From NCBI RefSeq assembly GCF_001194135.2, contig NC_069003.1, positions 21,760,493 to 21,800,435 of the forward strand: a stretch of DNA of 39,943 nt. Direction: 5' to 3'. Position numbers and translations under genes: made by a program. Positions 11,161 through 21,811 of the stretch are shown here, piece by piece. This DNA comes from Octopus bimaculoides (taxonomy: Eukaryota). Under the pieces are notes generated by a model. That model did no database searches, was not told the origin of the DNA, and worked only from the letters and a program-made list of their open reading frames with translations. Positions within the stretch are counted from its first letter, which is position 1, and each line of letters begins with the position of its first letter.

Positions 11161-11468
11161 ATATTTATCCTACGCTGTATTGGTACAGCTTGATGCAACC
11201 TCAAAAACCTGGTTCACCAGTCAGCATCATTAGACTGTGGTTGGCATAATAGAATGGAAGCTGATATCGAAAAGGTGACTCCTAGGGGTCAGCCACACTT
11301 AAGTGGCAATATACTACACTTTATCGTGCAGTTACTGTTAATACTTCATTTAGAGAATTAACATTGCTTGTTTTCACCTTTTCGATATCAGTGAAGAATT
11401 TCACTGGAAAAGTAGATATAAGATTGCCAAGATTTTGTCTCTCTCACCAAGGATCAGTGGCTATCGAA

Positions 11469-11505
11469 CGCCGACGAAGGGAAATAACCCTGAAACCCGG
11501 GTCCG
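11469..11505 (+). ncRNA. Minimal (Penelope-type) hammerhead ribozyme motif, U4C variant, truncated by gap
   Basis: CG-CCGACGA-AGGG(AAATAA)CCCT-GAAA-C-CCGG-GTC-CG; stem II is 4 bp, stem III is the palindrome ACCCGGGT, and the triplet is GTC. Confidence 0.55.
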
Positions 11506-12397
11506 NNNNNNNNNNNNNNNNNNNNNNNNNNNNNNNNNNNNNNNNNNNNNNNNNNNNNNNNNNNNNNNNNNNNNNNNNNNNNNNNNNNNNNNNNNNNNNN
11601 NNNNNNNNNNNNNNNNNNNNNNNNNNNNNNNNNNNNNNNNNNNNNNNNNNNNNNNNNNNNNNNNNNNNNNNNNNNNNNNNNNNNNNNNNNNNNNNNNNNN
11701 NNNNNNNNNNNNNNNNNNNNNNNNNNNNNNNNNNNNNNNNNNNNNNNNNNNNNNNNNNNNNNNNNNNNNNNNNNNNNNNNNNNNNNNNNNNNNNNNNNNN
11801 NNNNNNNNNNNNNNNNNNNNNNNNNNNNNNNNNNNNNNNNNNNNNNNNNNNNNNNNNNNNNNNNNNNNNNNNNNNNNNNNNNNNNNNNNNNNNNNNNNNN
11901 NNNNNNNNNNNNNNNNNNNNNNNNNNNNNNNNNNNNNNNNNNNNNNNNNNNNNNNNNNNNNNNNNNNNNNNNNNNNNNNNNNNNNNNNNNNNNNNNNNNN
12001 NNNNNNNNNNNNNNNNATAAAAACACATACATACATACATATATTACTTTTACAAGCAAAAGAGGAAAAGATTGACAATGATGTTGAAGTTTCTTTGAAG
12101 CCTTCAACAGATATTTTTAAAGGAGGCCAGCAAGCCAAAACTTCAAAGTCACTGTCAACGTCTACCTCGTAAAATTTAATAAATACGTTTGATGACATAT
12201 ACAACACACTTATTTCCAAAAGAAAAAAAAAAATGTCTCAAAACGTCACCCTGGGTCCTGTAAGGAAAGTTGTGCCTATATTACATGATTCAATGCACTA
12301 AAGACTTTTCTCTTGAATATTCACAGCTGAAATTGCAGTGTGCCTAATAAGTGTATGCATCTTTCGTGTCATCAAATACAATATGTAGTCTATTATG

Positions 12398-12690
12398 TCA
12401 TCATCATCTTCATCATCTCAGTCGTCGTCATCATCATTTAACATCTGTTTTCCATGCTGGCATGGGTGAAATGGTTAGACAGGAGCTGGTTAGGCCAGAA
12501 GCTGCATCAGGTTCCACAGTCTGTTTTGGCTTGGTTTCTACAGCTGGATGCTCTTCCTAATGCCAACCAATCTACAAAGAGCGCTGGGTGCTTTTTACAT
12601 GGCACCAACAACAATGCTTTTTTGCATGACACCATTACCAGTGCTTTCTATGCGGAACCAGCACCAGAGCTTTTTACGTGACACCAGCGT
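12398..12690 (-). mobile_element. RTE R1 3' end with short tandem UTR units
   Basis: TTTCTACAGCTGGATGCTCTTCCTAATGCCAACC and (ATC)n tail on the plus strand. Confidence 0.8.
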
Positions 12691-12989
12691 GTATTGAGTA
12701 ATCCTTAGGCTTAATATTAAATTATTTTTAGATGCAGGTGCAAAGAGCATAATATACAAACCCATATATACACACACACAAAACACACGTATACATACCA
12801 AACACACACACACACACACACACACATACACACACACACACAGATACAGATGTTAACACATGCACAGATAGTGATATATATACCAGAGAAAGACAAAATG
12901 GAATGGGCAGGGCAAGACCAGAGAGGAGTAGAGACACGAGGGAAAGGAAGCAGCTGCAGAGGTCAAGGAAGGTGTAATGAAAGAACTCT

Positions 12990-12993
12990 GACA

Positions 12994-13033
<40 letters not shown>
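12990..13033. repeat. (AAT)n microsatellite; others at 9745-9790, 11122-11160, 13920-13982, 14872-14915, 15147-15182
   Basis: Direct inspection. Confidence 0.95.
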
Positions 13034-13035
<2 letters not shown>

Positions 13036-13566
13036 GTGAAGATCAAATAAAAAGTGTGTTTACTGGCAAAAGATGACCATCCACAAATACAACTAGGTTT
13101 TCATTATAACNNNNNNNNNNNNNNNNNNNNNNNNNNNNNNNNNNNNNNNNNNNNNNNNNNNNNNNNNNNNNNNNNNNNNNNNNNNNNNNNNNNNNNNNNN
13201 NNNNNNNNNNNNNNNNNNNNNNNNNNNNNNNNNNNNNNNNNNNNNNNNNNNNNNNNNNNNNNNNNNNNNNNNNNNNNNNNNNNNNNNNNNNNNNNNNNNN
13301 NNNNNNNNNNNNNNNNNNNNNNNNNNNNNNNNNNNNNNNNNNNNNNNNNNNNNNNNNNNNNNNNNNNNNNNNNNNNNNNNNNNNNNNNNNNNNNNNNNNN
13401 NNNNNNNNNNNNNNNNNNNNNNNNNNNNNNNNNNNNNNNNNNNNNNNNNNNNNNNNNNNNNNNNNNNNNNNNNNNNNNNNNNNNNNNNNNNNNNNNNNNN
13501 NNNNNNNNNNNNNNNNNNNNNNNNNNNNNNNNNNNNNNNNNNNNNNNNNNNNNNNNNNNNNNNNNN

Positions 13567-13613
<47 letters not shown>

Positions 13614-13983
13614 CCATGATGTTGAAATACTGAACTTTTACTGTTATTTTTTCTGTTTCATTAACATTTCTATCAAACACATTTCGTTTTGTTTTCTTCC
13701 TTCTTCTGTATGCTTAATATAAGTACTTCTGCATGTGTGTGTGTGTGTGTGTGCACATGCATGTGCATTTGTGCACAAATACTGCACTGCTTTGAAGATG
13801 TAATATTAAGGTGTAATAACTTCATGCATATTTAACCAATATTGAGACAGGTTATAAGGGTGACAGCTATCAAACGAGGCAGTAAACAGTTCAATTGCAT
13901 TGCTGAATTTAGTAGAAGTAGTATTGTTGTTATTGTTGTTGTTGTTGTTGTTGTTGTTATTCTTATCATTATTATTATTATTA

Positions 13984-14200
13984 AGGTTGGGGAGCTGGCA
14001 GAATCGTTAGCATGCCAGGCAAAATGCTTAGTGGTATATCGTCTGCTGCTACATTTCTAAGTTTAAATTTCGCTGAGGTCAACTTTGCCTTTCATTCTTT
14101 TGGGATCGGTAAATTAAGTACCAGTGAAACACTGGGGTCAAATTAATCGACTACTCCCCTCCCTCCAAATTCCAGGCCTTGTGCTTTAGTAGAAAGGATT
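13984..14200 (+). mobile_element. SINE family A embedded in (ATT)n
   Basis: GGAGCTGGCAGAATCGTTAGC head; tail CAGGCCTTGTGCTTTAGTAGAAAGGATTATT. Confidence 0.85.
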
Positions 14201-14582
14201 ATTATTATTGTTATTTACTTTTAATCTGCATGTTTGTTACAATCACTTGCTGTGATACATCCAGCATCCTATGGCGAGTGAAGGATAAGAGATGTTACAA
14301 TATAACTGAAAGCTTGGGGAAGGGAAGTGGCAGGGACAGTAGTGAAATACCTTCATGTAATACAACACAGACATTTAAATCGATAGGGTTTTTCTAAGGA
14401 CATGGGCAGTACTTGTCAGCATAATCATTTGGATTTCTCTGAGACATGGTTCTCCTGGGATGTTATCTAGACGTTTCTGACATGCCTTTTTTTATCATAT
14501 CTAGGGCACCTACAATATCAGGAACAGTTCTCGCTTTAAGATGCCACATCTTTTAAATTTCAGTTTCCAGGTCCTTATATTT
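14200..14582 (-). mobile_element. Second R4/Dong-like RLE retrotransposon 3' end
   Basis: SKYKDLETEI*KMWHLKARTVPDIVGALDMIKKG /fs/ RLDNIPGEPCLREIQMIMLTSTAHVLRKTLSI* (stop 14375-14377), then a UTR ending AAATAACAATAATAAT. Confidence 0.8.
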
Positions 14583-14874
14583 ACTCAAAAGGTCCCTGAA
14601 TAAGGGTTGTTTAAGGATGATGAACAAAACACCCATATTTCCAAAGATGAATTATTCAAACCCCAAAGAATTCCTCTCAACACATGGCTCAGATCCCCAC
14701 TACTTCTGATCATGATCAGAGATGCACTTATCATCAGCAAATCTGTGGTATTGAGCAGAATATTTGCTGTAGCCCATCTTTTATACCAAAACAAAACAAT
14801 GTACATGATAACATTTCTAATCAGTTAAGATGAGAAGCTATGAGAGTCACTGCCTAGTACTGCATCAGGGCATT
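14583..14874 (-). repeat. Partial copy of the ~540-bp repeat, fused to the RLE 3' end
   Basis: Homologous to 6215-6530. Confidence 0.8.
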
Positions 14875-14930
14875 ATTATTATTATTATTATTATTGTTAT
14901 TATTATTATTATCATGATTAAGGTGGTGAA

Positions 14931-15143
14931 AGGCAGTGAGCTGGCAGAACCATTAGCACGCTAGGTGAAATGCTTAGCGGTATTTCACTTGTCGTTATGT
15001 TCCGAGTTCAGATTCCACTGAGGTTAACTTTGCTTTTCATTCTTTCGAGGTGGATAAATTAAGTATCAGTTGCATGCTGGTGTCGATCTAATTGACTGGC
15101 CCCCTCCCTCAAAATTTAAGGCCATGTGCCTATAGTAGAAAGG

Positions 15144-15178
<35 letters not shown>

Positions 15179-15350
15179 TATTGTATTTCGCCCGTAACTA
15201 CGTTCTGAGTTCAAATTCCATCAAGGTCGACTTTGCCTTTCATCCTTTCAGGGTCAGTAAATTAAGTAATAGTTGAGTACTGGGAGTGTTGTAATTGACT
15301 TAACCCCTCCCCAAATATTTCAGGCCCTATGCCTATAGTAGAAAGGATTA
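14931..15350 (+). mobile_element. Two tandem SINE family A copies (14931-15146 full; 15184-15350 5'-truncated) separated by (ATT)n
   Basis: Head, body and tail motifs as at 13984. Confidence 0.85.
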
Positions 15351-16360
15351 TTATTATTATTATCAAATCATCTGCTGAAGAAGTTCGAGGATTCATCAAG
15401 ATTGGTTCAATGAAAATGATTCTCAAATGAAACCTCTGCTAGAAACTACACTCAAAAGACACAAGGTATGGATCTCAAACAAAGACTCACCATCACTCAG
15501 ATTCTTATACATCTCCTCTAAGAAAACTGCACAGAAAAAAACTGGGATGAAAAATTCTTGGTGGATCAAAAAACTGTGGGATGGAAAATTCCTGGTGGAC
15601 CAAAAAAGCCCAAAACCTGGAACAGGCTACTAACTATTACAACTTGAGAGCATTGTATGATAATCTAAAAGGTGTATTTGGTCCAAAAACGGTTGTTACA
15701 GAACCTATTCTTTCTAACAACAGGTCAAAACTCTTAAGTAGCAAAGATGAAATTCTAAAAAGTTGGGTCCATATTAAATCGAAAATCCACTACGAGTCCT
15801 GAAGTAAACAATGAAATTCTTCAGAGACCTATAATTGAGGAACTTGCAGAAGATCCTTCCTAGGAAGAGATAAGTACTACTATTAAAAGACTTTCCAATG
15901 GTAAAGCTCTTGGACAAAACAGTATTCCCATAGAAGTACACAAGCATGGTGGTAGACAATTTCTAAGTAAGCTATGCAAATTGATCTGTTTGAGAAACTG
16001 GATGTCTCCCAACAATTCAAAGGTGCATCTATAACACACGTACAAAAACAAGGGGAAGAAGAGAGTGCGTAATAATCACACAGGAATATGTTTGTTGTGC
16101 ATAGCTGGAAAAATACTTGCAAGGGTGATCCTTAACTGCATCAATAAGCATGTAGTAAACAGCATATATCCTGAATCCCAATGAGGATTTGGGGCTGGGA
16201 GAGGCACAGTTGCATGTTTTTTTTTACCTTCAGCAAGTTCAAGAAAAAGTACGTGAACAAAATACTGACTTACAGTTCTATATTTAAGAGATGAGGAATT
16301 CTGTGCATTATTTACCTTATTTACATTTGACAGATATTTGTCCTCATCTTGTTTGTTGTT

Positions 16361-16406
16361 AACACAACGTTTTGGCTGATATACCCTCCAGCCTTCATCA
16401 GGTGTC
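16361..16406 (-). ncRNA. Minimal hammerhead ribozyme motif (G12A mutated copy)
   Basis: GACAC-CTGATGA-A-GGCTG(GAGGGTATAT)CAGCC-AAAAC-GTT-GTGTT. Confidence 0.65.
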
Positions 16407-16456
16407 TTGGGGAAATTTCGAACCTGGGTTCTCATTCCTAGAGGAATATGGCGTAA

Positions 16457-16494
<38 letters not shown>

Positions 16495-16550
16495 GCAACA
16501 ACATCGAAAAATACCTTAGGGATGAGAACCCAGGTTTGAAATTTCCCCAA

Positions 16551-16596
16551 GACACCTGATGAAGGCTAGAGGGTCTATCAGCCGAAACATTGTGTT
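16551..16596 (+). ncRNA. Minimal hammerhead ribozyme motif (G16.2A mutated copy)
   Basis: GACAC-CTGATGA-A-GGCT(AGAGGGTCTATC)AGCC-GAAAC-ATT-GTGTT; stem I GACAC/GTGTT. Confidence 0.7.
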
Positions 16597-17052
16597 AACA
16601 ACAAACAAGATGAGGACAAATATCCGTTGAATGTAAATAATGTAAATAATGTAAATTACTGACTTGTACATGGTCTTTGTTGAGTTGATCAAGGTCTTTG
16701 ATACAGTGAATCATGAGGTAGCCTGGGAAATTTTGTCAAAAGTTAGTCTTCTTGATAAAATCATAAGGGTAATAGTATCTCTGCACAGAGGAATAATGGC
16801 AATGTTCAGAGGCATTTTCTGTTGTTACTGGAACCAAACAGGGCAGTGTTTTAGGTCCTGTACTTTCTTCTATGTTCTTATTGATAATGTTCAAACATGG
16901 TTCTAGGGATTACTATGAAGGAGTAAAATTTCAGATCAAAGAAAAAGGCCAAGGAAAAGATTTTATGTGATTTTCTGTTTGGTGATGATTGTACTTTGAT
17001 TTCCGAAATTTCAAGCCCTGTGCCTATAGTAGAAAGGACTTTCATTATTATT

Positions 17053-18185
17053 ATCATCATTGTTTAACGTCTGCTTTCCATGCTGGCATTGGTTGGACGG
17101 TTTGACTGAGGACTGGCAAACCTAGAGGCTGCACCAGGCTCCAATCTGATCTGGCAAAGTTTCTACTAACGCCAACCACTACAAGAGTGTAGTGGGTGCA
17201 TTTTATGTGCCATCGGCATGGGGGCCAGTCAAGCAGCACTGCCATCAACCACACTTGAATGGTGCTTTTTATGTGTCACCAGCACAGGAACCAATCAGGC
17301 AGCACTGGCATCAACTAAGCTCAAACAGTACTTTTTACATGCCACCAGCATGGGAGCCAGTCAGGCAGCATTGACATCGACCATGCTTGGATGGTGCTTT
17401 TTATATGCCTCCAGCACTGGCATCGACCACGTTTGAATGGTGCTTTTTATGTGCCACCAGCATGGGTGCCAGTCAGGCAGCACTGGCATCAGCCACGACT
17501 ATGATTTCACTCGACTTTACAGGTCTTCTCAAGCACAGCATATTGCCCAATGATTGAAGGACACTTTTACACAGGCCAGTTATGCGACACTGGCATTGGC
17601 AATCTCACTTGGCTTTCTGGGTCTTCTCAAGCACAGCATATCTCCTCCAAAGGTCTCGGTCACTAGTCATGCCTCTGTGAGGCCCAGCGTTCAAAAGTCA
17701 TGCTTCACCACCTCATACCATGTCTTCCTGGGTCTACCTCTTCCACAGGTTCCCTCCACTGTTAGGGTGTGACACTTCTTCACATAGCTATCCTCATCCA
17801 TATGCAACACATGACCATACCAGTGTAGTCGTCTCTCTTACACACCACATCTGATGCTTCTTATGTCCAACCTTTCTCTCAGGGTGCTTATACTGTGTCG
17901 TGTATGCACACTGACATTACTCATCCATCGGAGCATACCAGCTTCATTTCCTTCAAGCCTACACATATCCTCAGCAGTCACAGCCCATGTTTCACTGCCA
18001 TGTATCATGGCTGTTTGCACATAGGCATCATAATCTACATTCCACACTCTGACTGAAAGGCCCTTTGTTACCAGCAGAGGTAGGAACTTTCTGAACTTTT
18101 CCCAGGCTATTCTTATTCTAGCAGCTACACTCTCAGAGTATTCACCCCCACCCACACCCCACCTACTAACTTGGTCACCTTGGTA
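17053..18185 (-). mobile_element. RTE R1 LINE 3' ~1.1 kb: ORF2 C-terminus, tandemly repeated 3' UTR, (GAT)n tail
   Basis: ARIRIAWEKFRKFLPLLVTKGLS..HGSETWAV..EAGMLRWM..RRLHWYGHV..GRGRPRKTW; about five ~67-bp UTR units at 17195-17490. Confidence 0.9.
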
Positions 18186-19112
18186 ACAGAGGCCATCAAG
18201 TACTTATTATATCTGATTCTCATAATTCTTTTTGATTGTCCTTTCTAAACACATCTTACTTCAGATATTACCAAAATGAAATGTTCTTTGGAACTAACTG
18301 TAAAGTAAGTATAATTTCTAAAGGAAAGACTGTCTGATAACCAAGCATAGACAACAGACAAAGATTAGACTTGTTTCACAACTTACATTTTCACATCCAA
18401 AATGGCTACCATATATATTTATGCTACAAGATTAAACAATATAATGGCAAGAAAAACAATACAAAATCAAAATACATAACTAAATGGATTGGAAGAGAAA
18501 GAAAGTTAACATTTTAGTGAAGAATTAACAGAAGGAAATATCCTCAATTTTCTTCGAGAAAACCGAAGATAGCAACAGTACTAACCATATCAATAGCAAC
18601 AACAACACTCACATGATGCCAAATACTGAATTCCATTCATATAGCAGCTGGGTGAAGACAGAACTTCGTTCAATACAAAATTGGCAGAGTTTTTACACCT
18701 ACAGTCAAAAGCGAGGAAAATGTAGATGGTAAAATTTTGTAAAACCCAACAGCAGTTCAATACCACAAGTATAAATCCAGGAGAGGGTAAAGAGAAAAAT
18801 TACATATCTGTGCTTATGGAAAGACAGAAGTGAATTAAATTATTTAATTTTCCCTCATGTCAAGTAATACAAAGTCTCCAGGACATATCAGGAGAAATTA
18901 TCTCAGTCGATGACAGTTACAACTGTGACATTATTTGCTGGATCTTTAAGAAGCCAAGACACAGGTTGAACTTGTCCAACATACCTCTGACTGTACATTT
19001 GCATCCCAGTACATAGGTCTGAGAAATACAAGAATCACAATAAAAGACATTTGGACATGACATAAACCCATGGCTAATAGTGACTTATGGAACAGTATGG
19101 GGGGAAAGATAA

Positions 19113-19390
19113 AAGGCAAAGTTACCTTCTTTAGTCATACTGGTTCATAAGGGCCAATTTACCAGTTTCATGGTGTATGTATTCCCCTCCAGGGTGGGAG
19201 GTTGGTCCATCACAGGATTATTCATTTTTGCCAGCTGAGTGGACTGAAGCAATTTGAAATGAAGTGTTTTGCTCAAGAACACATGTCACCCAGTCCAGGA
19301 ATTGAAACTGCAATCTCATGATCATTTTTATAAATATACATAAATATAGATATATCCACAGACACCCTAACCATTAAACCATGCCCCTCC
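19113..19390 (-). mobile_element. tRNA-derived SINE with CORE-like domain and a third tail type
   Basis: Minus strand GGAGGGGCATGGTTTAATGGTTAGG...GTTTCAATTCC...GTTCTTGAGCAAAACACTTC; carries a small AT-rich insertion. Confidence 0.7.
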
Positions 19391-19754
19391 GTTGGTATGG
19401 GAGAGGGGTCAGTGCAGGATTTTTCTTTACTTCTCCCTCTCACACCCAGATTCTCTCTCTTACTGCTTTCTATCTACATATACAGGTTCACATTGCCAAG
19501 AGGCAGCAGAATAGATTGACAAGTTCTAATGACCTCTGAAGACCACAGTGTCATATCAGTAGAAGGTGCCAAGATAAAGGGCATGAGATTAATGATACAA
19601 GGCTGAAAGCCTAGTTTCTATGTTTATCAGAGTAAAATACATTTTAGACTGATAAAATAGAGAAAAAAGGAACAAATAAAAATAATAAATACTATGAGCA
19701 ACAACAAAAAGAACAACAAACCCCAGTTTCCATGGCATCACCAGCCAAAGCCCA

Positions 19755-19975
19755 TCACCATCATCATCATCATCATCATCATTTAACATCTATTTTCCAT
19801 GCTGACATGGGTCCAGTGGTTTGACAGGAGTTGGTAAGGCCAGAAGCTACACCAGGTTCCATTGTCTGTTTTGGCATGGTTTCTACAGCTGGACGCCCTT
19901 CCTAATGCCAACCACTTTACAGGGTGTACTGGGTGCTTTTTATGTGTTACCAGCACCAGTGCTTTTTACATGGCA
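19755..19975 (-). mobile_element. RTE R1 3' end fragment
   Basis: (ATC)n plus TTTCTACAGCTGGACGCCCTTCCTAATGCCAACC. Confidence 0.8.
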
Positions 19976-21399
19976 GTTCTGACAATTGTCCAGCACATAC
20001 ATGCTATGTACATTTAAAAGACTTTGAATTACGAATTCAAAGTACCTTTTTCATGGCAAATGAAATGTCTTTAGACCCAGTATTAAGAAATAGATGAACA
20101 AACACTTTTCACTCTCACAGTACCAACCTGTTGTACTGCACCTTCATCATGCAATGAGGGAGAAATAATAATTACAAATGAAAATTCTTCAATGATTGGT
20201 AAAACTATAAAATGAGAAAAGTGGAAAAATCAATCACAGAGAAAGTAGACTCAATAAAAAACAACAAAAATAGGTGAGAATGAGCAATTTGTTCTAAATG
20301 ATAATGAAATCTCTCTTCAGGAAAATAACAAAGAAAAATGAAGTTAACAAAGTTGAACTAAGATTCATCATTCTTTGAAAGTCAAACAAACTGTTAAAAG
20401 GAAAAATTATAGATTGGGGTACAACAAAGTTTAAGAAGAAGTTAGAATGACACAAAACAGTCAGGTTCAGAATATAAACAACATGCACAAGATAGATTAC
20501 AAGTAAAAATAAAATTAAGACATTATGCCAAACTTAAAAGAGATTATGCTGGTGTTTTCAATATCAAATGTCTCCAAAACATGCTCACTAGTGCATTTGG
20601 CTGCATTTGAACACAATATGAGAAATGGTTGAGTGAATAGTGCTATTGTGTTCTAATACAACTTAAACAACTTAATCAATAATCTTTATTCCCTTAAATT
20701 AGATCACATTTTAATTATTGTTTTATTGTATTATTTTATCAATTTCCATGTAAATATGTGTGTATATGCATGCGTGTGTGAGTGTGTAGATATGGCTACA
20801 TATGTGTGCAGGTAAGTACCAGTGCCAAAAAGAAGAAAAGAACCCAGTACACTCTGTAAAGTGGTCAGCATTGGGAAACCATGCCAAGCCAGACATTAGC
20901 GCATGACGCAGTCTTCCAATTCATCAGACCCAACCAACCTCAAAGCCAGACATTAAATGATGATGACAACGATTGTGTGTAGCAGGGTTCTGTGTGTATG
21001 TGTGTGCGTGTGTATGAATGTGGACTAATATACTAGAACATATAAATACACAACCAATGATACAGAAGAGACACAATAATTAATTACATAGATTCTGTAT
21101 AGTTTAAACTAACATCTAAGAGTACAAAGAAAATATACTCAGAACATAACTTTTATAGAGTTTCATATATTATACAGAATCATGAAATACACACACACAC
21201 ACACATACACTATAGTACATGGCTTCTATACCATTTAAAATAATACACTGGAACATGAAATATTCACAAGATAGAAATATTTTGCCAGAAACACGTTTTG
21301 TTTTCTTTTTCAACTTAAAAATGTGTTTAAATCATGTTTTTTTTTAAACCACATAGCTTGGAGAAAGAGCTGTCTTTTCCTTTGGCTAAAACGTGTATG

Positions 21400-21775
21400 T
21401 ATTTATGTATGTATGTATGTATGTATGTATGATGTGTGTATGTGCGTATACTGTATGTGTGTTTGCGCATATTTGAGTGTGTGTGTATTTAGTACTTATT
21501 GGAGGGTATGGGGAATGGGGTGTATTCCCAAGTGGTCACTGATGCAAGAACTAATCACACTTGACATTGATTAACTTTAGTGATCAGATAAGAGATCAAT
21601 GTTTTGAACTTGATATAGCTGGGAGCATGTGTGTGTGCGAGTATGTATGTGTATATGTATGTTTCTACGTATGTATGTATGTTTGTATGTATGTGTGAAT
21701 AGGTATGCTTGTATGTTGCATGCACATTTGAATGTGTAAGTAAACTTGTGTGTCAATATGTGTACTTATGTATGC

Positions 21776-21811
<36 letters not shown>

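Larger units (their letters stand above)
16272..16656. mobile_element. Penelope-like (PLE) pLTR-derived inverted-repeat insertion with 9-bp TSD
   Basis: TSD TACTGACTT at 16263-16271 and 16657-16665; ~140-bp inverted arms around (AAT)n; each arm carries a minimal hammerhead core. Confidence 0.75.
15362..17005 (+). mobile_element. RTE/BovB-like LINE (family R2), linker and RT part of ORF2, decayed
   Basis: QDWFNEND, MENSWW, LSNGKALGQNSIP, CLLCIAGKILARVIL, YPESQ*GFGAGRGT, EQNTDLYMVFVELIKVFDTV (rejoined across the insertion), GTKQGSVLGP, DFLFGDDC. Confidence 0.9.

Noticed and set aside
15545-15610. ~33-bp tandem duplication inside the RTE fragment
   Set aside because: An ordinary local slippage in a dead element.
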